Below, one piece after another: positions 1 through 14,654 of a DNA stretch of 64,000 bases. Within the stretch, counting starts at the first letter, position 1. Every line of letters begins with the position of its first letter. Under the pieces are notes generated by a model that was not told the DNA's origin, searched no databases, and saw only the letters and a program-made list of their open reading frames with translations. The position numbers and the translations under genes were made by a program. The DNA lies in the NCBI RefSeq assembly GCF_006345805.1, contig NC_042999.1, forward strand, positions 78,616,001 through 78,680,000, given 5' to 3'. The DNA is from Octopus sinensis (lineage: Eukaryota).

Positions 1-517
1 TTCTGTGTAATATTTATCAATTACATGTGGGAAGAGAGTATTATGTAAGTGGATATGTATCCTACTTACATTGTGAATGAGAAAACTGCGTTGGAAGAAC
101 AGAAGAATTCATCAGTGTTCTATTGTTACATAAAGATTGACTATTGATTACATGCGCTTCATTCCAATAAAAATCAGAACAAAAACAAAACATTGAAATG
201 TCCTTTATATTTAAATAAAACCCAACAAAAATGGAAAGATAAAAATAAAATAACAAAAACACAACACTGTAAATGCGAAAAGAAAGCAAATAAAAAGAAA
301 GCAAAAAATAGTTCTAATTTTATCTTTTGAGTCTTGTTTAGATGCAAAAAAAAACTTGACTAATTATAATTAGATATGCCTTGCCTTGATTGAAGCTCTA
401 AAGTTCTGACAGTCGTTGAAGCGCAGTCGTGATATACGGTGTTTCTTGGGCAGTAGAGCCCATCCTTTTCCAGGAATGGTTATACCCGATTTGTTCCGGA
501 GGGAGAAAGTGCGTGAA

Positions 518-643
<126 letters not shown>

Positions 644-1589
644 AAGAAAGAAGCAAAAAGATTGAAAAAAATAATAATTAGACTGTAAATCTGGGTTGCC
701 ATCTGTGACAAGTTTGTCTTTGATTCATGGGTCCAATTCAAAAGCAGAAAAAACTTATTACAACAACAGCAACAACAACATATAGAGATAGCGTTGTTGA
801 TTATATATGTATGTTTTTTCTACCTCTCTGCATCTCAAATCCGTTAAACTTCAACATATCTTTTGTCCTCTTCTGAATTTCCATTTGATTTTCATACTTC
901 TAATTGAGTCGCTCAACACAATTTCCTCCTATCAAGGTGTCCTTTTTGTCTTGAAGTACAGATAATTCTGTTAAGTATTTATCATAGAAGAACTTTTATA
1001 ATGGAAATCTTATTGGATTTTGTCGGTTACATCGTTCTTGAAAGAATAATTTAGTATAGTGTCCAGGTGGGTGATTAGTTTCTCATTGGTTTAATCTTAC
1101 AAAAAGCTGAGCTATGAAGCCAGACCTGTTAATTTCTATTGCTTCGTAAAAACATCTCAAACAGAGACTTAACGTAGAGTAAATTGATTCTCAATAGAAT
1201 TCCAATGAATAATCTATGGTGGTTGGGTATTCCACGTACACTAGCAACAATTACAGCAGGCCTCGGGTACAATTATCTTGATAATGTGTCTGATAAAGAT
1301 TTCTAATTGACCACTTAGAATAACAAGCTCAATCTATCTCATAAATTTCTGCACAGTTTTCGTCAACCCCAATTTCTCTCTCAAGACTTGGGTCGATCCA
1401 AAGCTATGGTAGACGGCATTTACCGAAGGTATTTTGCAGTGGGATCGAATTTCGGGGATTCATGATTGCAAAGCGAACGTGTTAACCATTTAGCTATGTC
1501 TTCGTCCTGCATACAAATCATTCCCACCGTCCACACAGGGGTTAGAGTAATTTTTTTATCTTTTGCTTTGTTCTTGTTTCTCTCATGAG

Positions 1590-1860
1590 ACTGTGGTCAT
1601 GCTGGGGCACCGCCTTCAAGGGTTTTAGTCAAACGAATCAACCCCAGTCTTCAGGCGGTGTGTATGGAGAGAGGGAACCAAGACTGGAACAGACACACAC
1701 ACACGCACACACGCACAAATATATACGACGGGCTTCTACACAATTTCTGGCAACTGAATACAAGACGTTGGTCGGCCCGAGGCCATAGTAAAACGCATTT
1801 GCCAAGACACTACTCGAAACCAAATGGTTTTAAGGTGAGCTTCTTATCCACACATCTATG
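1590..1860 (-). mobile_element. tRNA-derived SINE, family B, degenerate copy with internal (CA)n
   Basis: Reverse complement resembles the copies at 3955, 31795 and 40075 (head TGTGG..AAGAAGCT..., body ...GCCCGTCGTATAT). Confidence 0.6.
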
Positions 1861-2780
1861 CCCGGGATGAACAAGAAGATTAAAGAAAAGAAATTTACAA
1901 ATCACAGCTCATGATGGTGGTATCTCCATCGCTTGACGATGCAGATTCAATCGTCCGACCAACTGGATTACCTGCTCTTGAGTTAATGTTTAAGTGGCTG
2001 AGTATTCCACATATGAACCCTCAGTATAATTGTCAGGTAGAATTTGCTTGACACAATGTGCAACAAGACTTTATCGTTTGAATTGCGGATATAATCCACC
2101 CGGTGGGCTTCAATACAGTTTCTACCCATTTTTACTCACAAGGTACGAGTCAACTCAAAGTTATACAAAATGACCTTTTTGGAGACGCAACGCAGTGGTA
2201 TCGAACCCAGGGCTTTGTAGTTGCGAAGAGAACTACTTAAGCATTCGATCCTATCACACCAATTAAACTCCTGATAGAACTTAAATAGAATATTTCTCGA
2301 ATGGTTGTTGTTTCGAGCAGGGCATCCTTGATTGAGCAGAACTAAAATCAAAGACATTCCAACTGTGATCATCATGTATTATTTTCTATAAACAGAAATT
2401 ACAAGATCTTTTCTAAGACGATTTGAAGGAGAATTTGTTTCTGTTTCTAGCTGGTCGAGCGATCTCATATAAGCTCCTTTGTCAAGTCCATCGTGAAAAA
2501 AAAAATCCATTGTGTTTGAACTTAGAATCTTAATTTACAAACAACTACATTACAATATTTACAATGAGTTTCCGGTTTCATGGGATGCGAGGAAAGATGT
2601 GAGATACATCTCCTCATGGATAAGGTACTAATCTTAAAAATGAAATTAAAAAAAAAAAGAAGAAAATACGGCAATTTGGCCATAATTCAGCTGGATCAGT
2701 TCTGATCTGGGACTAAACAACAACAACGAGATCATCATCATCATCGTCGTTGTCGTCATCATCATCATCATCATCATCAT

Positions 2781-2833
<53 letters not shown>

Positions 2834-3121
2834 CCAACATCATCAACAGCTGCGTCATCAACAACATCAATAATAGTTACACATATCTCCTGTTAATGTT
2901 AAATCCATAACCTATCCGTATGCATGCTTACATAAAGTACGTAGATATGCACTCTAAGTTAAGTACATTATCAAAATACATACTATATTATCAAAACAGG
3001 ATTCTCACTACTAAAAACACAAAGACTTTTCTAGAATTGCTTTTCTTTAATATCTACTCTCATTTCTTGTTTTTCTTGCCATTTTCCGTCCTTCCCTCAC
3101 TAATCTATCTCCACAATTCTT

Positions 3122-3195
<74 letters not shown>

Positions 3196-3432
3196 TTGCT
3201 TGCTTTTGTTCTCCGCTCATACTTTCATAACTTAATCACTCTCTCTGTCTCCCTGTCTCTTTCTCTTTGTTTTTATATAATCCTATGTTTATTCCACATC
3301 TCTCTTTATATCTGTTTGTATACCCTCTCCTTCTCTCTCTTTGTATTTGTGTTTCTCTCTTTCTTACACTATGTATTGCCCACCATCAGTCTTCGTTTCT
3401 CTCTCAATATACATACGTACATACCTACATAT

Positions 3433-3508
<76 letters not shown>

Positions 3509-3954
3509 ACACACACATATATATGTAGTATGTCTATATCCTGCTTCCTGTTTCTCCCTTTATCTGTATGCTTGCGTCTCCTCCAGCCCTGTCACTACTT
3601 TTTCTCTCAGTTACCTCGTCTATCCATCATTCTTACTCACACTGCCCTCCCCTACGTAGCCCCTCTCTCTTACAGCCTGTCACTTTCTTTCACTCTCATG
3701 CTCTCTCATCTTTCCATTCTCCCTTGTTTCTACATATCAGTATAACTATACACACACAAACACAAACACAAACACACACACATGGTACTCTTAATTGAAA
3801 AATGAAGAAGATCCACTAATGCAAAAAGAACTCAATACATGCTGGTAAATGGAGTAGATTTTGATTATAATCCCTGCTATGGTAGTGACGTTTCAAGACC
3901 AAAGATTATCCTCAGGCAGAATTTAATAATAGCTTGATTATACACTATATTGGC

Positions 3955-4125
3955 GCACGAGCGGCTGTGTGGTAAGAAGTTTGCTTCCAAACCGCATGGT
4001 TCTGGGCTCAGTCCCACTGAATGGCACCTTGGGTAAATGTCTGCGACTTTAGCGGCTGGCCAACCAAAGTCTTGTGAGCGGATTTGGTTGACGGAAACTG
4101 AATGAAGCCCGTCGTACACACACCC
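3955..4125 (+). mobile_element. tRNA-derived SINE, family B (CORE-like central motif)
   Basis: GGCTGTGTGGTAAGAAGTTTGCTTCC head with B-box-like GGCTCAGTCCC, then GGCACCTTGGGTAAATGTCT; same sequence recurs at 31795, 40075 and 54610. Confidence 0.75.
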
Positions 4126-4614
4126 CGTGTGTGTATGTATGTATGTATACATTTGCGTGGGGTGTAAGAACAACAACAAAAATAATTGGTTGTAAATAGG
4201 CAGAAAGCCAGAATTATATAAATATACGGAATGGGGGAAGCTGTTTGTATCGATCGTGCACTTGAATGGTACTTTATTTTATCGATCCTAATTTAAGCAA
4301 CAGTAACAACAAGAATAAACAGCAGTAATGAGAATAAGAATGTAATAAGCCACACCAAAAAGAAGCGATGGCAGTGACGGTAACAACATCAACAACAACA
4401 GCAAGAAGAAGAAGAAGATCATCAACAACAACAACCACCCCAACAACAACAACAACAGTTGTTACTTTATGACAATAAAAATAACAATGCTAGCAAAATT
4501 ACTAGTCACTTGTGTTCGTTGCTGGTCACAATAGCAATGATAACAGAAAGTAACAAGAGCGACATCAACCACAGTAATAACAACAAACTATAGTAACAGT
4601 AGTAATATTGGTTT

Positions 4615-4683
4615 GAAATGTTAGTACGAGACCAGCAAGTTCGAGAGAGAGAGAGAGAGAGGGAAAGAAAAAGAGAGAGAGAG

Positions 4684-4727
<44 letters not shown>

Positions 4728-4915
4728 AGTCGGTTACATCGACCCCCGTGATCAACTGGTACTTATTTTATCGTTTTATCGACCCCCCCCCCCGAAAGGA
4801 TGATGAAAGGGAAAGTCGGCCTTGATGGAATTTGAACTCAGTGCGTAAAGACGGAAGAAATGTCGCTAAACATTTTGCTCGGCGTGCATAACGCTTCTGT
4901 CAGCTCCCCGCCTTA
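4615..4915 (-). mobile_element. tRNA-derived SINE, family A (Nin/Deu-like central domain), with (GA)n expansion in its tail
   Basis: Shared motif TCGACCCC..AACTGGTACTTATTTTATCGACCC..GATGAAAGG.AAAGTCG.CCT..GGAATTTGAACTCAG..GCCTT found in more than 10 copies in the window. The domain name is recalled, not searched. Confidence 0.8.
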
Positions 4916-5141
4916 GAAACAATAGTAATATATGCAACACTATTAAGAACAAGAGTAACTGCAGCGATAACAACAACAGCGTCAACAGTACCACTCAACG
5001 TAACAACAACAATATAAAGAGCAATAAGTACCTCAGTAACAACAACAAACATAAAGAAGGGCGAAATACCGCTAAAGATTTTGCCCGGCGTTCAAACAAT
5101 TCTGCCAGCTCGCCGCCTTCATAATAATAATAATAATAATA

Positions 5142-5177
<36 letters not shown>

Positions 5178-5224
5178 TAATAATAATAATAACAATAACA
5201 ATAATAATAATAATAATAATAATA

Positions 5225-5280
<56 letters not shown>

Positions 5281-5290
5281 AATTATTATT

Positions 5291-5678
5291 CACCCATCTT
5301 TCAACAAATTTACTGGGAGAAGAACTCCCCTCTCTACTATTACTTTCTTTTTCAGGTGGAATTGAGAAAGTCGGCGAGGGCTTGGCTGAAGAGGAAAGTG
5401 TCTGTCTTCAGTCCTTTCAATCTCGTCCACCATGCCTCTTTCGCCATGGCCAACAGAGGAAAAGTGCCTTTCCTTCCCGCCAAAGGAAGGCAGCGGGACG
5501 ACCTTTACGATGGAATCGGGTGATAACTGGATCCGTCTTTCACTCAACAACAGCTGTTCAACAAAGCTTCACAAGTCTATAATGCACGGACTTTGAACTA
5601 ATGCAAGCAGGACGGTTTCGTCGCCCTGTGCATACCTCAGACAGGTCCGTCTGATAGCACTTCCGGGTCTGTAAAGCA
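5291..5678 (-). mobile_element. L1/Tx1-clade LINE 3' fragment (degenerate C-terminal zinc knuckle)
   Basis: Minus translation CLRYAQGDETVLLALVQSPCIIDL*SFVEQLL...TRLKGLKTDTFLFSQAL resembles the CxxC..DETxxH..CP..LW C-terminus; homologous to 51400-51750. Confidence 0.6.
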
Positions 5679-5851
5679 TATAATAATAATAATCATAATA
5701 ATAATAATAATAATAATAATAATATAATATAATAATAATGATGATGATGATGATGATGATGATGATAATAATAATAATATAATAATAATAATAAAATAAT
5801 AATAATATGATGATGATGATGATGATGATGATGATAATAATAATAATAATG

Positions 5852-5897
<46 letters not shown>

Positions 5898-5926
5898 TAT
5901 GATGATGATGATGAATGATGATGATG

Positions 5927-5977
<51 letters not shown>

Positions 5978-6119
5978 TAATAATAAGCCGCAACAGAAAT
6001 AACAACAGTAGCAACAATATTAACAACAACAATAACCACAAAAGCAATAACGACACTTGTAGCAGCCAACAGTAAATGGCAAGAATTGTCAAGATGTTCG
6101 ATCAGTCGTTGATCACCTC

Positions 6120-6790
6120 GGTGTGTACAGGTGTCGTGTAGTTATGAAAATCAGCATCTAATTCGCTGGCATTTCTTTCCCTGAAAGCATTCCCGTTATA
6201 CTCAGTGGTGAGATTCTAGAAGAGGTCCTGCAGTTGGACTATCATAAGCCATAAGAGTGAAGATAACATACATATTCGCACCAACCATGCATATAGAGTA
6301 TTACGCCGTTCTCAAAGCTGGTTTTGGTTATGATCAGGGATCTATGTAGCCACAATAAATTTGAGTCGTCAATAACCTTCTGTTGTACGGTGACGTCACG
6401 TGATCAATGAGTGTGATGGACTCGAACAAATTGGAAGTATTTGAGCACTCTTGATTTCACGAAACCCTACGTATTCACGCTCTGGATTTTGTGTCAAACG
6501 TCGAAGTTCGTCGTTGTAATTGGATCGAAGCCCCCTCAACAACTCTAACCAGAAATGCGCTTCAGATGGCTTGGTCTTACACTTCCGTGATGCAGTCTCG
6601 TGGCAGAGTCCCCTAAGAGATTTTATGGACTGCGAGGTGGACAGCGGGATGTTTGAATTAGTACGATAATGACGTCTCATCGCCAGATGTTTGTGATCAT
6701 GGTCTGTTTCTGTTGACGACACTTTGGCTTCACTGGTTTGAGACGATTCGACTGATCGACACAGATGGCCTCAACATAGTCAGTCGACTT
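6120..6790 (+). mobile_element. RTE-clade LINE 3' fragment, degenerate
   Basis: LEVFEHS*FHETLRIHALDFVSNVEVRR (from 6431), MRFRWLG (from 6555, frameshifted) and DSTDRHRW match RTE post-RT motifs. Confidence 0.65.
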
Positions 6791-7469
6791 GCCTAGAATA
6801 ACTACCAACCGCCCCTCAAATAAACGCTCTACCGTTTTAAAACGGGAAGGACTAATTCGACATGTAGTCTCTGGTATACATAAAAAACAGCATGGTTATG
6901 ACTGGAATGCTTTTGATTAACGCTCTTCTCCATTAGAACTGACTCAGGCCCAAGCAACAACAAAACAAACAACGTCAATGCCACAATAACCGCAGCAGCA
7001 TCAGTGAGGTAGCCCCTATTTGGTAGCTAGAACTGTCAGAAATAGCAGTGTAATTTTCCTCAAGTAGGCACTCTATTGTCTTAAGAAAAAAAAAACAATA
7101 ATGCAGTTCTAGATATCGTGTAAAACATGTGGTGGTCGCGAATGGAATACTTTTGATTATAGGTGTGCTCGATGAGGGTTACTAAGGTGTCCAAATAACA
7201 TCAACACCATCAACAATAAAAATGAAGGAAAATATTAAGAACAGCACCGACATCAACGGCATCAACAATAACCATACAATAAATAAATAAATAAATAAAT
7301 AGATAAAACAGCAAAAACAGAACATTCATAAGAGCAATAATTATAACAGTAATCTCTACCGCCACCATCACCACCACCACCACCACCACTACCAGCAAGA
7401 GCACAGCAACAACAACAACAATTACAGCAGTAAGAGCAACCGACGTTGGGAGCAAGGTAGAGAAGAATG

Positions 7470-7690
7470 CAATATTCTTTTCTACTCTACGCACAAGGCC
7501 AGAAATGTTTGGGGAAGGGGGCAGTCGATTAGATCGACTCCAGTACTCAACTGGTACTTATTTTATCGACCCCGAAAGGATGAAAGGCAAAGTCGACCTC
7601 GTCGGAATTCGAACTCAGAACGCAAAGACAGACGAAATGTCGTTAAGCATTTCGCTCGGCGTGCTAACGTTTCTGCCAGCTCGCCGCCTT
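7470..7690 (-). mobile_element. SINE family A, near full length
   Basis: Full family-A motif ending ...CTGCCAGCTCGCCGCCTT (tRNA-like head on the minus strand). Confidence 0.85.
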
Positions 7691-8363
7691 GTAGAGAAGA
7701 GTACAATATTGACGTGTCTCAACAGATGTTTAAATATCTCACTGTAACCAGATCTCGCCAACATCCTTCTCTCGCCCATCTGTTTCACTTCATTTTCTTC
7801 CGATACTCATTAAAAGCTTTTAACCTCTTCGCTTGCTCCTTCTTGCTCCTTCTTTGCTACCCGCCTCTCCTACTCCACCATCTCTCCTTACTGCGTCTTG
7901 TCGCGAGTTTGTTCTCATCTTCTCTTAGAGAACCAACACTGAAACACACGGCTCTCATCTGCGTTCTAAATAATACTATCGTAACAACTTTATAAATTCT
8001 ATGATACATCGAGGTCTTATTTTATTTCATTTTATTTTATTTTATGTATTTGTTTAATACATTTTCGCTTCTGTGTCACCCAGTATAGACAATATCACCA
8101 CACCGCAGCTTACAATGCAGCCACCATCACACACACTGGCATACACACACACACTTAGACACACACACACGCACAAAGACGCACATACACGCATGTCCGT
8201 ACGTACATACATGCGTACATACGCGCATACGCACACACTCACACACTCACGCATATATACGTTTATATATATATATATATATATATATTCATGCTAGAGA
8301 ATATATATAAGTATATAAAATGGATATTATTTATACATAAATGCATGCACACACACACACACA

Positions 8364-8401
<38 letters not shown>

Positions 8402-8405
8402 TATA

Positions 8406-9480
8406 CGAGGTCTGATCAATAAATATGCGGACGGGTGTTATAAAAACAAAACTACAACACGTACCAATTTTTACATTTAATCTCCTTCAAAGTGGTCCCC
8501 TTCGGAAGCCACACACTTAATCCAGCGCTGTTTCCATTGATGGAAGCGTTTCTGGAACTCGTTTTGTGGGATAATCAGCGACTGCCTCGTCGCATTCACA
8601 TTGATTTCTTCGAGTTCCTGAAATCTCCTTCCTTTCAAGCGGGATTTGATTTTTGGAGAGAGGAAAAAGTCGCAAGGGGCGAGATCTGGGGAATACGGTG
8701 GCTGTCGTATCTGCGGAATGCTTTGCTTAGCCAAAAACTGCTGCACAAGCTGCGCTGAAAGGGCAGGTGCGTTGTTAATGGCGCCACTCACCGGACGCAT
8801 GAAATTGTGGCCTTTTCCCACAAACAGCATCCCGCAAACACCACAAAACGTCATGGTATACTCCTTGTTTACTGTCTGACCAGATGGAACATACTCTTAA
8901 TGAACAATCCCCTTGTAGTCGAAAAAAACCCCCCAAAAACCCAAAAACAAAACGGTCAACAGTGTTTTCACATTGCTTCGACTCATTCGTGCTTTCTTCG
9001 GTCTCGGAGAGGTTGGCGTTATCCACTGCGAAGAGTGAGCCTTTGTTTCGGGGTCATAACAGTAGACCCACGATTCATCACCCGTTATGACAATTTTCAA
9101 AAAGCTTTCATCGTTCTCGACACAATCAAGGAAATCTTGTGCATCTGGAACCCGAGTGTCTTTTTGGTCAGCTGAAAGCAGTTTGAGTATAACTTGGCAG
9201 ACACGTATCTCATACCCAAGTCTTCAGTGATAATGGACTGAACTGAACCGTAACTAATCTGCACGTCCTCTGATAACTCACGGATGGTGATTCGACTATT
9301 TTCTGTCTCAACTGCACGCACATCTGCGATGTTTTTCTCAGTTCTGTTGGTTGCGGGTCGCCCAGAATGTTTGTCACTATCGACATTTTTTGGCCATCTT
9401 GGAAACGTTTGAACTACTCGTACACTTGTGTGCGGCTCATACACTCCTCTCCATACATTTTCTGCAACTTTGCAGGTATC
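8406..9480 (-). mobile_element. mariner transposon, frameshifted transposase, one TIR retained
   Basis: ORF pieces 9097-9549, 8897-9100 (ITGDESWVYCYDPETK) and 8477-8854 (NNAP..PPYSPDLAPCDFFL). TA followed by TIR CGAGGTCTGATCAATAAATATGCGGAC at 8404-8432; no matching TIR seen at the other end. Confidence 0.92.
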
Positions 9481-9545
9481 AACAAGCTCTATGCAAAATA
9501 CACACACACGTGTGTATGTGCACATAATCGCGTATATACATACAT

Positions 9546-10190
<645 letters not shown>

Positions 10191-10510
10191 TACACCCACA
10201 TATGTACATTCACACAAACGTGTGTGTACACACACGCACACCCGTAGTATGCCTGAGTGAATAAATAAGTGTTTTGTTAGGGTCCGTTAGTATGTGTCTA
10301 AAGAGAAAATGTCAGAATGAGAAAGAGAGAGAGGGAGAGAAAGAGAGAGAGAGAGGATGGAGAGAAAGAGAGAGAGAGGAGGGAGAGAGAAAAATAGGCT
10401 CATACATTATACTCGGTAGAATATCACCTATTGAAGTGAATGATATTACGCAATGTTACCTAATAAATTGAAACTCGTGTAGTGCTGTTTTTAGACCGCC
10501 CATTCATTTT

Positions 10511-10559
<49 letters not shown>

Positions 10560-12000
10560 CTAGCAGGAATACTCGGCGTTGTCCGGGTTAAAGAGAATAA
10601 TGAAATTTAAAAACACCGTGTAGATAACGCAGGTCTCAACTGCTAATAGCTGAGATACCAATCTTCTACATTAATAACTCTCTAGCCCATGACAGCATGG
10701 AACATAGACATTAAGTGAAAGTTTTCAAATCATATATGTATATAAAATAAATACGCGTAATTCAAAAACACGTTTTGTATAGCTTATTTCGTAACTAAAA
10801 ACAGGTGCAGATTATAATGAAAGGGCGATTTTAATGATTTATTTGACAGAGGAAGTAGAGAGCCAATCGGATGATAAACTTGACCTTGGATCTTGAAAGT
10901 TTACATGAATCCTGGGTCAATCAAATCTCTTGTGGCTCCAAATGATGTCATCTGTAGTGCAGAATTGTATTGTCTAATTTTGCTTTGGAAGTGGTTAGAA
11001 TCTTGGTCAGTTGATGAGAACAGTTTCTTCAATGGCTCTGGAGGTTGGGGAATTGCAGTGAGTTTAACCTTTCCACCACTGCAGCACAGTGCAGGTGTCT
11101 CTCCAGGCCACTTCCTTGCTTTACAATGTATGCACTCAGCTGCCATTGCACCAATGGAAACTCTAATGTCATCTGCATAATGAACTGCTGGATCATTGAA
11201 AGCTGCTTCATAGTAGTTGCTTCTTTGAGCTGTTACAACTGCTCTTCCTTCTGCAGTGGAGATCCTATTCCTTGTCAGCCGTCGATACCTCTGTTCATCA
11301 CTTTGAGATGCTCTGGCTTTTGTACTGCACAGTCTGTTCGTTTCTTGATATGCTTCCCTTTCTGTAGCTGACCCTGACATTGTAGACAAATTTAATACTT
11401 TCCTTCTAGGTATGGTTATATAAGCATACAGAAATACACAGGTTCAGAAGATAGTAAACAATGAAAATAACTGGGTAGCGAAAATTATATTTCTTAATAC
11501 AACGGGCAGAAAGCAAATAAGAAATTTATACGGAAAATAAAGAATTGTACGGATTCATGTGAAGTTTGTTAGTGAACCAAAGAGCCAGTATCGAAGGAAC
11601 CAGATAGAGAGAAATAGAGGGAGATGGATAGATATAGATAGGGAGATATAGATATTACTGACGCTAGAAAACCGGAAGTAAATATTTTAAAAAGACTTTC
11701 AAGGGCATGAATCTAATATAAAAAGCAATATTCTTTATTATAACCAATGAATGTAAGGCAGACAATCATTTTCTGAAAGTTGCTTCACAAAGAGTTTCCT
11801 CCCTTATCCACGTAATCCAGGAACAGGGATTTTCCTGCTCCCAGGGGGCCCGTTACTCATTATGTGAAACATTTTAAGAGTCTTAAACCATCCCTGGAAC
11901 ATAAGTAATGTATGTTCCCAGTTTGGAGAAAATCAGTTGAAAAATACGGCCATTATAATCTTTTACACACACATACATACATATACGTAAATATACGTAT
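10560..12000 (-). mobile_element. Helitron derivative carrying the N-terminal zinc-finger region of RepHel
   Basis: Minus 3' end: hairpin CCCGGACAACGCCGAG then CTAG followed by T at 10560. ORF 10901-11389 has CIHCKARKWPGETPALCCSGGKV..YNSALQMTSFG and, past one TAA, TFKIQGQVYHPIGSLLP. The 5' boundary is approximate. Confidence 0.88.
10845..11389 (-). pseudogene. Helitron Rep/helicase N-terminal fragment
   Basis: 162-aa ORF plus in-frame continuation after TAA at 10901-10903; no Rep or helicase motifs follow. Confidence 0.85.
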
Positions 12001-12336
12001 ATATATATATATATATATATACGCAGATATATATATGCCTAAATACACGCATATTTATGTCATTATAAAGAATGAGAGAGAGAGAAAGCGAGAGAGAGTG
12101 AGAGAGAGTAAGAGAAAGAGGGAGATATAGGGAGAGGGAGAGATAGGGAGAGAGAACGGGAGAGAGAAAGGGAGAGAGAGTGAGAGACGGAGAAAAACGA
12201 TAAAATATCTGTAATCACAGAACATACACAAATAAGAGATTGACAGGTAGATAAACATTAAGAAAACACGGAAATATCAAATATGAAGCAGTAAACAAAT
12301 AAATCAGTTCTAGTATGCAATCTTGCTCAAAATATT

Positions 12337-12368
<32 letters not shown>

Positions 12369-12453
12369 CATATATGTATGTGTGTGTGTGTGTGTATGTG
12401 TGTGTATGTGTCTGTGTTTGTGTGTTTGTGTATGTATATATATATGATAATAC

Positions 12454-12489
<36 letters not shown>

Positions 12490-12542
12490 CATTCATACAT
12501 ACATATATGCCTCTATGGCCAAACCGTTACGTTCTCTGAGTT

Positions 12543-12619
<77 letters not shown>

Positions 12620-13204
12620 GCTACTACTACTACTACTACCGCCACCACTAATACTACATATGCATATATATATGTACATTTATATGTACATATATATATA
12701 TGTACATATATATATGCATGTGTAGTATTAGTTACGTATGCATATATATGTATACGTATGCATTTATATGTATACTTACAAGCACACACACACTGTCACA
12801 CATACACGCACACATCACACTCAAACTCTCTCACACAGACACATACACACATAATAATTTACACACATGTACAAGTATGATATTTCTATTTATGTGTTCA
12901 TATGAGATTCAATTTTACCGTCTGGATATAATTATTCATGTTTTGTAGATTATGTGATTATTTCCTTCCAATTTACACATGTACGTACATGAATGAATGT
13001 GTATGCATATATATACGTGTATGTGCGTGTGTATACGTGTGTGTGTGTGTGTGTATAAATTGTGTGTAAGTTTGCGGATATTTATATATATATATATATG
13101 TGTATTTATCACATATACATAGGATACATACATATGAGTGAACACAAGCTTCACACATATACTTAAACATGTATATATGCATGCATACACGCACATTTAT
13201 TATA

Positions 13205-13298
<94 letters not shown>

Positions 13299-14610
13299 TA
13301 ATGTATATATATATATATATATGTATATAATATCATCACATCTATATGTTTGCATGTCTGATTATGTATGAATGTGTGTGTATATATATTCATACACGTG
13401 TATATTTAATGCATATGCATGCAGACAGTACACACACATACACACCCCACACACGAATATATAGAACGTGTGTGGGAGGGAGAGAGAGAATGAGAGTTAG
13501 ATACACGTATACCATAAATATACACATATGTGTATGTTCTTTTATACCTGGTTTCGATTTAGTGCTTCACGATACATTGAAGGGAAACGTTCTTTACACT
13601 GCAACAAGAGACGGCACAGACATTAAAATAATACATTTTAACGCACAAATATCATTCTAACGTTATAAACTTTATATCTTATTAATTGCCAGAGTAAAAG
13701 AAATTCCCAGTGACCTGTGCCTGCCGTGTTGTCTTGATACCTCAAAGCTTTTGTGGTACTTCTTGTCATGTCGTTAGAGTACTTGAGAAAAGACACAGCA
13801 TCTAATATTTCCACTAAACAAATACGCCAAAGGCTCTTTTGCATCTGTATGATATATAACTTAGAAATGTATAAAGGTATCTGATGAAATTGTCTGGATA
13901 TGTTGTTTGATGACGTAATACATTAATAAGTAAATAAATAACCATTCTTTGGATACATATGTAACATAAACTGAGGAATATTTTTATGCACATTTATTAT
14001 ATATATAAAAAGTGCGTTAGGGTGCCTAAGCCTGCTCACAACAGCATAGATGCTGAAAATTATTAGCGAAAGTTTAGGGCAACCTACCAAATCTTACTCA
14101 CTCGTAAGTGACCGTTGATCTATATATCAATATATCAATATTAATATCAATAATTGAGGTCAACCCCTATATCAATAATTGAGATAGGGGTTGTAAATGC
14201 AACCCTCCATGGGATAACATATATCCAATGTACTGCTAGTGAAGTACCCAATAAAGTTAATACATAAATGTTAAGGATTGCGATGTAATCAATTCATTTA
14301 CTGTATTATATGGGCAAAGGTAAAATGATTTACCAAAAATTACTAATACAAGATAAGAAAATGGAGAAATACATCTAAATCAAATATCAGTTACCAGATA
14401 ATACTCAATCACATACTTTATTAAACCACCACATAAGAGACTGTAGGGTTAAACATAAAAAAGCAGAACAAATCAGTGTACATAAAGGAATGTACATAAA
14501 AAAGTGTACATAAAAGAGTAATGTTGTACAATAAGTAGAATATATATAAAAAAGAGAATATAAATATAAGTAAATATAAATATAAGTATAGATTACATCT
14601 TACATCTGTT

Positions 14611-14652
<42 letters not shown>

Positions 14653-14654
14653 AG

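Noticed and set aside
13638-13844. Minus ORF MQKSLWRICLVE... as an exon
   Set aside because: Its donors are weak and phase-incompatible with the adjacent 13548-13598 candidate.
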